A stretch of 37,292 nucleotides of DNA from an uncultured Candidatus Saccharibacteria bacterium (GTDB lineage Bacteria > Patescibacteriota > Minisyncoccia > Minisyncoccales > Minisyncoccaceae), in contig CAYSKM010000001.1 of NCBI GenBank assembly GCA_964431785.1, positions 4,272 through 41,563 on the forward strand, given 5' to 3'. Positions 9,734 to 18,359 of this stretch are shown here, piece by piece. A model generated the notes under the pieces. The model was not told the origin of the DNA and ran no database searches. It worked only from the letters and a program-made list of their open reading frames with translations. Position 1 is the first letter of the stretch; each line of letters starts with the position of its first letter. The translations under genes and the position numbers were made by a program.

Positions 9734-10249
9734 ATGTATCCTTTTAGTCTTATATTCCCTCTTAGGTTTCAATTTTCTTTAGATGAAATGATGGTGCTTC
9801 TTTTGGCATTACTACTTGATTTAATATCGTTAATATTGATATGTGTAGCTCTTGATGATTTTGGATTATTGGATATGGCTGGATGGGCTGTAATAGGAGC
9901 TTGGACTTTCATGAAAATGGGCAATATGCCAAGTAGGCCTAGTAGGAAAAATAATAATATAGGAGGTAAAATGTTGAAAAGATATACTGGTGTTGGATTA
10001 ATTGAATTAATACCCTACATAGGAGTTTTGCCTATGTGGACTCTGTATGTTTACATCACAGTAAAAGAAAAGAATGAAGAAGTAGATGCATCAAAAAGAG
10101 AAATTAGAGTAATTGCAGGAAGGCTGGAACATGCAAATAGAGTGAGCAGTAGGATGAATAATAGAGTTCAAATTGAAGAAGAAGAAGAGGAGGAATATGA
10201 AGAAGAGGAAGAAGAAGAGAAAAAGGAAGAAGAAGAGGATAGAAAATAA
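9734..10249 (+). CDS. Hypothetical membrane protein with poly-Glu tail
   Basis: Hydrophobic segments, IELIPYIGVLPMWT motif, C-terminal EEEEEEEYEEEEEEE; first gene of the pilin operon. Confidence 0.75.
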   Translation: MYPFSLIFPLRFQFSLDEMMVLLLALLLDLISLILICVALDDFGLLDMAGWAVIGAWTFMKMGNMPSRPSRKNNNIGGKMLKRYTGVGLIELIPYIGVLPMWTLYVYITVKEKNEEVDASKREIRVIAGRLEHANRVSSRMNNRVQIEEEEEEEYEEEEEEEKKEEEEDRK

Positions 10250-10255
10250 TAAAAA

Positions 10256-13200
10256 ATGTATATGTATATTAAGATATTATTAAGTTCATTGTTCTTGTTT
10301 GGATTTGTTGAGGCCAATACACTATCGCAAACATATCCAGTGCTTGGAGTGGCTCCTAATATGGGAGTAGAGTTTTTTTTATACTTAATGAATTTAATTA
10401 TTGTTGGAGGAACTATTATTGCGGTAGTTGGTTTAGTCTACCAAGGAATGAATATATTGCTTGCAGGAGAAGATGCTGGAAAAGTAACTGAAGCAAGAAA
10501 AAGTATTACTGGGTTGTTTCTTGGGTTAATTATTCTTTTGGGCTCTACTGTGATATTAAAAGAAATTAATCCAGAGTTACTAAAAATGACTTTGGAAAGA
10601 TTTGAAGCTGAAATAAAAAAGGATGATGGTGGAAAGGGTCCCAATAAAGACAGCCCTTTAGTTGAATATGCAGAAGTGCCGATGGGAGCGATTTTGGAGT
10701 CAGTTTTAAATGCTGTTTCAACTTCTCCAAGTCAAGCATATAATTTTTCTTCTGTGAAAATAGGAACAGGAGGTAAGCATACTGAAGAGATTTGTTATTT
10801 ATATGATAAATATGGGAATGCAATAGATAAAAACGGAGATGGATATATTACTGAAATGGATGAATATCAAGGAGTTGATTTTAAGATATGTATAAATGAG
10901 CTTTTAAAAGCAGCAGAACATAAAATATTATTTCTTAATGATGGGAATTATAGGTGCGGAATGCCTGGAAATAATGATGAAGACTCCCCTATTGGTAGTC
11001 CTGCAATAAAAAAATGGGATGATGATCCGGATGATGCTGATTCAAATGGATATATTAGTCCAAATTATGGAAGTGGGTATGATGAAAAAATTGAAGGAAG
11101 AACTGCTTTGAATGTAAATTATCATGATTGGGATAAAGAAAATTGGACAAAGTTAAATAATAAAGAGGATTCAGCTAAAACAGATAAAAAAACCGGAGAC
11201 CCAATAGATGATGCAAGTGACAATACTATTGAAAAGAGTCTTTCTGCTGATTCGCGATGTAGATATGGAGGTAACTGCGAGGAAGATGGATTACATGGAA
11301 TTATTAATAATTTAAAAGAGTATATTAGAAATGGATGTGTTTGTAGTGAGACTGATGACAGGACTAGTAATTTATATGCATCAAATTATGTAGGGTGCGA
11401 AGGTGCTCCTGGTGGTGGTATTAAAAGTAAAACAAGTTTTTATTGCAGAAGCAAATCTGGCTGTGGAGTTTGGTGTGATATTAACTGCAATGATGGGGGT
11501 TCTGGGTGTTGTGGAGGGCCTAGAGGAAGAGACGAGACTTGTCAAACTAAGTTTAATAATATTGATAATGCTTTAAATCCATATGTCCAACACGATCCTT
11601 GTATGAAAAGAAAGTCCATGGACTGCATGAGAGAGTTTATAAACATTATTATATATGGAGACGTTAATACTGACATGAAGTGCGCTGCTCAAGAAACAAA
11701 ACAAGGACCAAGTCAGTCAATTAAAATGGGATGGAAATGTAATGATTTTGTTTATAATCAAAAGCCAGAAATAGTAGAGGCAAGAAAAACAGAATATTTA
11801 CTAGCCTATTATCAAAGATTAATATCTTTTAAGCATTATTATAGGAATAGGTTGAACGATCTTGAAAAAGCAGAAACATATATTTCTCAAGATAAGAGAC
11901 TGAAGGTGTATTCAAAGGCTCAGTTTCAAGAAATGCAAGGAACAGCCAAGGAAACATATAGTTTTGATCAAGAGGATTTAAAATTATCTACTATTTACGA
12001 AACAGGAACTTATAGAAAAAGATTTAATTGTGCTGCATATGAAGATCCGGTTACTTTAAGTAAAAAAAATATATATGAAGACGATGATTATAGATTAAAT
12101 ATGTTTGCTTGCAACTGGGAGGAAGATAACTATTCTTTAACTCAAAAAGATAATAAACTAGTAAGAATAAGAACAAGTAATCTTATAAGTAATTTACATG
12201 TTGATCAAGAAGTTGAGGGCAAGGCATATAGCTCAAAGGATCTTAATGATGAAGAGAGAGACAGAAGAATATGTAGCAAGGGAGAACTAGAGACATTAAA
12301 AGGGAAAAATGCTTTATTTAGCAATGTAACTAGCGAATGTGTTTCTGGAGAATATGGAACTACTCCAATCTCTGAAGATGTTACAGGTGCTTTATTTGAT
12401 ACTGAGAAAAGAAGGTTTGTTTTATGGAAAGATAATGTATATGAAAAAGGAGGTTACTCATATCTTGACCAAGGAGAACAATATTGGACAGGAGAAGATA
12501 TGGCAACTGATGGAGATCCTTTAACTTTTTATGTTTTAAAAGACGTGAAAGGAGTAGTTGATCCATTTTATACTGGAAGAGATAAAATGCCTTATTATTT
12601 TAAATCTGCTTTTATTGACTATTCTCAATTTTCTGAAAATACTGCTATTGATACGCAGATAGGAACAGAAAGAGGCTTTCTACTCCCCTCTTTAATACCA
12701 ATAGGACAGTTGTCATATCATACAAAGATATATGCAAAGCAAATGATTAGAATGATTGATAGGACTCTAGAGCAACTAGAGGGAGCAATCATAGCTTTAG
12801 ATAATATAGCTAATGTTTATCCAGAAGGAAATTATAGTGCAATAACAAAAATTGATTACGAGACTGGACACGTGACAAATGGAGGAGAAAAGACTAATGG
12901 ATGTGATTGCAGAAATTGTTCAAATGAGAGTGACTGTGTTTGTACTGAGGAGGATGAAGATTGTGGATGTATTAGAGCAGAGTGCTCTGATTCATGTAGT
13001 GCTTGTGAGGTTGTTTCTGAACAAAAAACCTGTTTTGCGTGTGCAAAAGTAACTAGGTATACAAAGTTTCTTACTCCGTCATATACAAAATATTATGGGA
13101 AAAATAATTCAGAACCAGTAGTTGAAGATGTTATTAATGATAATTTGCCTGCAAGCATAAAAATGATTGTTCGTAATATGAGTTGTGGAGAAGATACTGG

Positions 13201-14182
13201 AGGAGGGGGTGATGAAGAAGAATGTGTTGAAGATGAAGAGAGCTATGAGTACAAAAAGATAACTGGAGAAATAAAGAAAATTCTTACAGGGTTTAGACAA
13301 AAGAAGGTTTTAGCTAAAATAACATTTGACTGGGATGGAAAAGCAGATGTTGGTATTTCAAATAAAAAAGGTTCAGTGGCGCCAATATGGCTAGATGATG
13401 CATTGCTGGTATTGAATGAAACTAATTCAAAAGAGTTAACCTATTATGAAGATTATGAAACAGGAGGAGATATCACAATAGGAAATATTTCAAGTATCCT
13501 TGTTAAAGGAACAAATACGTTATTGATTGAAATACAAGACATAGGAGATCATTATGCGGGAATTGGTGAGTGTTGGTTATATATTGGGACGCCGAAGTGT
13601 GAAGAAAAAGATGATAAAAAAGCAAATTATAACTCAAGTTATGTTTCTCAATTAGTAGTGTCTGCTGGAGGAGGAAAAGTTAAATATCAATATGAAGAGA
13701 TTTCTGTGGGAAAAATTAACTTAACATGGAATGGGTCAGAAAAAATATTAATTTCAAGTGATTCAAAGACTTTAAAAGACGTAACAGCAGATGATGCTTT
13801 AATGATTAAAAACCATACTAATGGGAAGGAAAAAGAATTTAAGGCTGCTGGAAATAGTACATGGAGTGGACAAGTTTCTATTGAGGAATTATTGTCTTCT
13901 GGGGTAAATGAGCTAGAATTTATTGTGAAAGATTATCATGCTGTTTCAATTAGCTGGAGTAATATATATATATTAAAAGGTGGAACAACAGGATTTGTTA
14001 GTAATTGCAAATGTTCTAGTGCGAATTATCCAGTCTACTCCCCTCCTGAGGGCTATCGTCTGACTGAGTGTAATGCTTGGGATAGAGAGTTAAGAGAAGA
14101 GAGACCTTGTGTTGATTATAAGAATGATATTGTTGTTTATCTTGAAGCAGAGAGAACTGATGAAGAATGTCCTTGTGACTAA
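10256..14182 (+). CDS. Giant VirB2/TrbC-like pilin fusion with Cys-rich extracellular region, EF-hand-like loop and two beta-sandwich repeats
   Basis: Signal peptide, pilin-like hairpin (GMNILLAGEDAGKVTEARKSITGLFLGLIILLGS...INPELL), DKNGDGYITEMDE loop, many Cys clusters. Confidence 0.75.
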   Translation: MYMYIKILLSSLFLFGFVEANTLSQTYPVLGVAPNMGVEFFLYLMNLIIVGGTIIAVVGLVYQGMNILLAGEDAGKVTEARKSITGLFLGLIILLGSTVILKEINPELLKMTLERFEAEIKKDDGGKGPNKDSPLVEYAEVPMGAILESVLNAVSTSPSQAYNFSSVKIGTGGKHTEEICYLYDKYGNAIDKNGDGYITEMDEYQGVDFKICINELLKAAEHKILFLNDGNYRCGMPGNNDEDSPIGSPAIKKWDDDPDDADSNGYISPNYGSGYDEKIEGRTALNVNYHDWDKENWTKLNNKEDSAKTDKKTGDPIDDASDNTIEKSLSADSRCRYGGNCEEDGLHGIINNLKEYIRNGCVCSETDDRTSNLYASNYVGCEGAPGGGIKSKTSFYCRSKSGCGVWCDINCNDGGSGCCGGPRGRDETCQTKFNNIDNALNPYVQHDPCMKRKSMDCMREFINIIIYGDVNTDMKCAAQETKQGPSQSIKMGWKCNDFVYNQKPEIVEARKTEYLLAYYQRLISFKHYYRNRLNDLEKAETYISQDKRLKVYSKAQFQEMQGTAKETYSFDQEDLKLSTIYETGTYRKRFNCAAYEDPVTLSKKNIYEDDDYRLNMFACNWEEDNYSLTQKDNKLVRIRTSNLISNLHVDQEVEGKAYSSKDLNDEERDRRICSKGELETLKGKNALFSNVTSECVSGEYGTTPISEDVTGALFDTEKRRFVLWKDNVYEKGGYSYLDQGEQYWTGEDMATDGDPLTFYVLKDVKGVVDPFYTGRDKMPYYFKSAFIDYSQFSENTAIDTQIGTERGFLLPSLIPIGQLSYHTKIYAKQMIRMIDRTLEQLEGAIIALDNIANVYPEGNYSAITKIDYETGHVTNGGEKTNGCDCRNCSNESDCVCTEEDEDCGCIRAECSDSCSACEVVSEQKTCFACAKVTRYTKFLTPSYTKYYGKNNSEPVVEDVINDNLPASIKMIVRNMSCGEDTGGGGDEEECVEDEESYEYKKITGEIKKILTGFRQKKVLAKITFDWDGKADVGISNKKGSVAPIWLDDALLVLNETNSKELTYYEDYETGGDITIGNISSILVKGTNTLLIEIQDIGDHYAGIGECWLYIGTPKCEEKDDKKANYNSSYVSQLVVSAGGGKVKYQYEEISVGKINLTWNGSEKILISSDSKTLKDVTADDALMIKNHTNGKEKEFKAAGNSTWSGQVSIEELLSSGVNELEFIVKDYHAVSISWSNIYILKGGTTGFVSNCKCSSANYPVYSPPEGYRLTECNAWDRELREERPCVDYKNDIVVYLEAERTDEECPCD

Positions 14183-14202
14183 TAAAAAAATATAATAAAG
14201 CA

Positions 14203-14967
14203 ATGAAAATTAATTTAACAAAAATTTTATTTATTGGAATGTTATTTCTCATACTTTCTTTGCCTGCAAATGCTATAAAACAAAAAGAAGTAATTGGCAC
14301 TATTTATGATAAAAAGAATCCAGTTTCAACTGAAGAAAAGTGGTTTGTTTGTCCTTATACAGGTATTTTAGAAGATCAATTTGCAGTATATAAATCAATG
14401 GAGCATGTTAATTGGATATCAATAGAGAAAATTAAAGGCAGAGGAAAATATTGTCCAACTGGAGAAGGATTAGAGAATCCTGGCATTGTGCAAAAAATTG
14501 ATTTATGGAGACAGAGGATAAATACATACATGTCTTCTGAAGAACTAAGACCTTATTATGATTCTCAAGTAAACCCTAAAAGAGCTTTAGATGATAGGGA
14601 TGACGAAAGTAGAATGGCTTTGCTTGATTGGTTATTTACTACAAGAGTTAAAATGCAACAATGTGTTACTGGCTATTCGGCAGCGCATAATAAAGATAGT
14701 TTTGCAAAGATAAGGATGTTTGGATGCCAGGAAGGAATGACAGCCACTGATGCTCAAGGGTATAGAATAACTCCTGACTTCCCCTACCCTGCAAATAATA
14801 ACGGACCTAATTGCTTTCCTTTAAATGCAGAATATTTAACAAAAACAGAAAAAGAAATGTGTGATAGGAATATGAATTATGAATTAGGATGTCAAAAAGC
14901 AATTAATAAAGAGGTGTATATTGATGACTTCTATTGTACTTCTGGTAGACAGCAAACATCAAAATAA
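14203..14967 (+). CDS. Secreted Cys-rich protein
   Basis: Signal peptide ending ANA; several Cys; inside the pilin operon but lacks a pilin hairpin. Confidence 0.75.
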   Translation: MKINLTKILFIGMLFLILSLPANAIKQKEVIGTIYDKKNPVSTEEKWFVCPYTGILEDQFAVYKSMEHVNWISIEKIKGRGKYCPTGEGLENPGIVQKIDLWRQRINTYMSSEELRPYYDSQVNPKRALDDRDDESRMALLDWLFTTRVKMQQCVTGYSAAHNKDSFAKIRMFGCQEGMTATDAQGYRITPDFPYPANNNGPNCFPLNAEYLTKTEKEMCDRNMNYELGCQKAINKEVYIDDFYCTSGRQQTSK

Positions 14968-14971
14968 TTAA

Positions 14972-16861
14972 ATGAAAAAAAAGTATTATTTATTTTTATT
15001 AGCAGTTTGTTTGTTCTCAATTGAGAGTGTGTTTGCGATTGAATATCCTGATTTTCCTGGAATTAATTCTTTAGATAGAGATAGCACAATAGGAGACTTT
15101 GCCAATTATTTTTATGTTCTTATTGTGGTTGTGGTAGTTGCTGTTGTTGTTTTAAAAATAGCGTTTTCTGGATTAAATTTAATAATGTCTGGAGGGAATC
15201 CAGAAGAATATTCAAATTTTAAGAATGACTTAACAGGAGCTTTTTTAGGAGTTCTATTAATTTTAATTCCTTTCATATTAATACAAGTAATTAATAATGG
15301 ACTAGGATCACCTGAGCCTTTAGAATGTGAAGACCTTCCAATTTGTGTTGTAAGAGAAACAACAAATCCTGATACTGGTAAGGTTGTAAAAAGAAATGAT
15401 ATGAATATTGCTAATCAAAAAGTTCCAGAAAACCAAACTCTTACTATTAAAAAATACGATGGATTGCAAAATATTATTAGTTTTCATGATGGGCCAGCTA
15501 CTATGATTTATAGTGATGATCCTCAAAATGATGATATTGCTTATTCTATTGCTAATGAAATAGTGATAAATGGTCCTCTTGCTGGAGGAAATGGACAGCC
15601 AGACCCAAATGATCCAAGCAAAAAATTAAGTACTGATGGTTTGTTAATTATTCCAAAAGGAAATGGGGCTTTTTTATATGAAATGCCAGATTATCAATCA
15701 GTTTATAATCCCCCACTACACCTTACTGGAGTGAATTCAGATTTAGAAATAAGTAAGTATAGGGATTCAGTGAAATCAATTGATATTGTTAATGATTCAA
15801 ATTTGAAGAATAAGCAATTTGATTATTTTGGAATTGCTGCTCAGGAAAATGGGGATATGATGAGTGTTTGTGCTGTTTTCAATAATGATGTTCCTGATGT
15901 TGATGATAATCAACAATTAGCAAAACTAGGCGGGAAAATAAATTATGCTGCTTTGTTTCAAAGAGATAAAACTTATTTTAAAGGATTGAAAACTAGAATT
16001 ACTTTGTATAATAATACTTCTTGTACTGGGAAAGGTTTTGCTGTTCAAGGAAAAGTATCTGAAGAGCAAAGTAAGCAATGTGAAATAACGTTTATAAATA
16101 ACAATGGAGAAATTGATTTGAGTAAAAAGTTTGATGGGGATGATTTAAAGTATCAGAATGTGATTCCTGATTGTGCAAGTGATAATCATAAATGCTCAGT
16201 TACTTTAGACGCAATAAAGACAATTGTCGTCCCAGAGATGATAAGTCGGATATGTCCAAATCTTGGAGGTGAGGGTAAAACAGTCCCGATTACTGGTCAA
16301 AAATATACATTAATTACTCAAGAACAGAAAGAGGTTGAGGTGGGATATTTAGGAAAAAAATTAGTAATAGAGTTTAACGTGCAGTGGGATGGAGTATCTG
16401 AAGTGGGAATATCTGGATCTAGTAATTCTATTAAACCTGTGAGAATTGATGATAAGTTAGTGATTGAAAATACTACTAATGGCAAAAAAAGAGCTTATGA
16501 ACCGGAATCAGAAAATGAAAGAGATGTTGAGATTGGAGATATTGCAGACATGCTTTCAAAGGGAGATAATAATTTGCAATTTTATTTAGAAGATGTAGGA
16601 GACCATAAGGTGGGTATCGGTGCTTGTTGGTTATATAATTCTAGCGAAGGCGAGACTATTGAGGGTAGCGTTGAAGTATATTCTTTTAGAATAGATACTC
16701 CTTCTGCAATTGTCTTTTTAGACTCAAAAGACAGATGTAATATTTATACAAACCAGCGAATAAGTAGAGGAGAAGGAGTTTGTAATCAGGTTAATTTTAA
16801 AGGAAAAGCATCAGATGAATTTAAGCCTAATAAAATATTTGCTGTTCCCTATGATAAATAA
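14972..16861 (+). CDS. VirB2/TrbC-like pilin fusion with crystallin-like repeats and an inserted beta-sandwich domain
   Basis: Signal (VFA), GLNLIMSGGNPEEYSNFKNDLTGAFLGVLLIL hairpin; shares the C-terminal module with the next three genes. Confidence 0.72.
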   Translation: MKKKYYLFLLAVCLFSIESVFAIEYPDFPGINSLDRDSTIGDFANYFYVLIVVVVVAVVVLKIAFSGLNLIMSGGNPEEYSNFKNDLTGAFLGVLLILIPFILIQVINNGLGSPEPLECEDLPICVVRETTNPDTGKVVKRNDMNIANQKVPENQTLTIKKYDGLQNIISFHDGPATMIYSDDPQNDDIAYSIANEIVINGPLAGGNGQPDPNDPSKKLSTDGLLIIPKGNGAFLYEMPDYQSVYNPPLHLTGVNSDLEISKYRDSVKSIDIVNDSNLKNKQFDYFGIAAQENGDMMSVCAVFNNDVPDVDDNQQLAKLGGKINYAALFQRDKTYFKGLKTRITLYNNTSCTGKGFAVQGKVSEEQSKQCEITFINNNGEIDLSKKFDGDDLKYQNVIPDCASDNHKCSVTLDAIKTIVVPEMISRICPNLGGEGKTVPITGQKYTLITQEQKEVEVGYLGKKLVIEFNVQWDGVSEVGISGSSNSIKPVRIDDKLVIENTTNGKKRAYEPESENERDVEIGDIADMLSKGDNNLQFYLEDVGDHKVGIGACWLYNSSEGETIEGSVEVYSFRIDTPSAIVFLDSKDRCNIYTNQRISRGEGVCNQVNFKGKASDEFKPNKIFAVPYDK

Positions 16862-18357
16862 TGCTTATGAATAAAAATATATATTTATTATTTTCTTTAT
16901 TGTTTCTATTTGCGTTACTCTCCCCTATTTATGCTTTAGAAGTGCCCTGGCCAGAGATAGCAGGAATAGAATTGAAAGAAGATTCCACGATGCAAGAATT
17001 TACTAGTTATTTTTTTGCTTTTAGTATGATTATTGGTTCAATATTGTTGCTTTTTGCAGTCATTTCAGCTGGATTTACTTTATTACTGGGACATGGTAGC
17101 CCGAGTGATTTTCAAAATGCAAAGAATAAATTGTTGGGGGCTGCAATTGGAATGATATTGCTACTTGGAGGATATGTTATTATTAACGAAATAAATTCAG
17201 ATATTGTTATTGAAAGTCCGGAGGTTTCTTGCTTAACAGGAATAGAGAGAAAGATTAAGAGAACAGAAACAACTTCAGGAGGAAGAACAAAAGAATATAT
17301 ATATCCTCAATGTTTAAAAAGTGACAATTTAGATATTGCTCTTGAAAGCAATGAAGAATTATTAGAAGAAAAGTTTAAATTTGATAAATGTATTGTAAGG
17401 GAGATAATTGTTTATGAAAAGGAGGAATACAAAGGGGAGAAAAAAATTCTTTTTGAAGACAGACTAAGAACTAATGAAAATTGTCCAGATTTTCCAGAAG
17501 ACTTAGTTTTAGATGGATGGGGTTCTGTAAAGATAATTTATAAGAGAGAGGGGGTTTATCTTTATGGAGCTGACGAAGATAGAGATGAAAACTCTTCAGA
17601 TCCTTTTCCATTATTTTTTAATGGAAATGTTAAAGACTTTAATTCTTTTAAAATTAATAATAAAGTGAGTAAAATAGAACATGTTTCTTTAAACCTTAGT
17701 ACTCAGCCTCAAACTCCAGATCCAAATAATAATAATTATTTTGGAATAGCGAATGGCTTAATAGTTTTTTCTGAAACATCGTTTAGGGGTAAATGTTTAT
17801 CCGTAACTGCTGATGAAAATTCTCTTGAAAGGAAAGATTTAGCAACAGGTGAAATGTTAGATATGAAAAATAATATATCTTCAATGATATATTTTGAAAC
17901 TCCATTTTATTTTTTTTCTGCTTTAGAGTTTGGATTGGTTAAGGCTTATGCTGTTCCAAATTGTCATGATCACGATTTAAATAAGTTAGGAGATATCCCT
18001 GACAAGGGTAAGTATGAAACTTGTTCTTTTCCTATTGTTGATGGAGCTCAAGGTATGATCAATAAAGAAAGATCGCTTCATTGTCCTGCTTTTTTAACAG
18101 ATAAAGGGAAAAAGATGAAAGAAGACGGAGTTCCTGAAGAAGAGCTTGAATATTTTCCTGTTCAATCAATAAAAATAGAAGGAAACGCTGGAGTAATTTT
18201 AAAAAGCAATACAGGAGATTGTCATTATATGTCATTAAAAACTAACGAGAGAAGAGGAAATTGTATAACAAATCTTCAAGATGTGTTAAACTTATCAAAA
18301 GGTGGAAAACGACCAGTAAGTATTATGGTATTTCCTTTAAGCAACGAAAAAGAATAA
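16861..18357 (+). CDS. VirB2/TrbC-like pilin fusion with beta/gamma-crystallin-like repeats
   Basis: Signal (IYA), AKNKLLGAAIGMILLLGGYVIINEINSD; IIVYEKEEYKG, FSETSFRGKC and NNISSM motifs. Confidence 0.72.
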   Translation: MLMNKNIYLLFSLLFLFALLSPIYALEVPWPEIAGIELKEDSTMQEFTSYFFAFSMIIGSILLLFAVISAGFTLLLGHGSPSDFQNAKNKLLGAAIGMILLLGGYVIINEINSDIVIESPEVSCLTGIERKIKRTETTSGGRTKEYIYPQCLKSDNLDIALESNEELLEEKFKFDKCIVREIIVYEKEEYKGEKKILFEDRLRTNENCPDFPEDLVLDGWGSVKIIYKREGVYLYGADEDRDENSSDPFPLFFNGNVKDFNSFKINNKVSKIEHVSLNLSTQPQTPDPNNNNYFGIANGLIVFSETSFRGKCLSVTADENSLERKDLATGEMLDMKNNISSMIYFETPFYFFSALEFGLVKAYAVPNCHDHDLNKLGDIPDKGKYETCSFPIVDGAQGMINKERSLHCPAFLTDKGKKMKEDGVPEEELEYFPVQSIKIEGNAGVILKSNTGDCHYMSLKTNERRGNCITNLQDVLNLSKGGKRPVSIMVFPLSNEKE

Positions 18358-18359
18358 TC

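Noticed and set aside
18261-18359. Upstream TTG start for the 733-aa ORF
   Set aside because: Overlaps the previous gene by 97 nt; ATG at 18360 gives a proper signal peptide.
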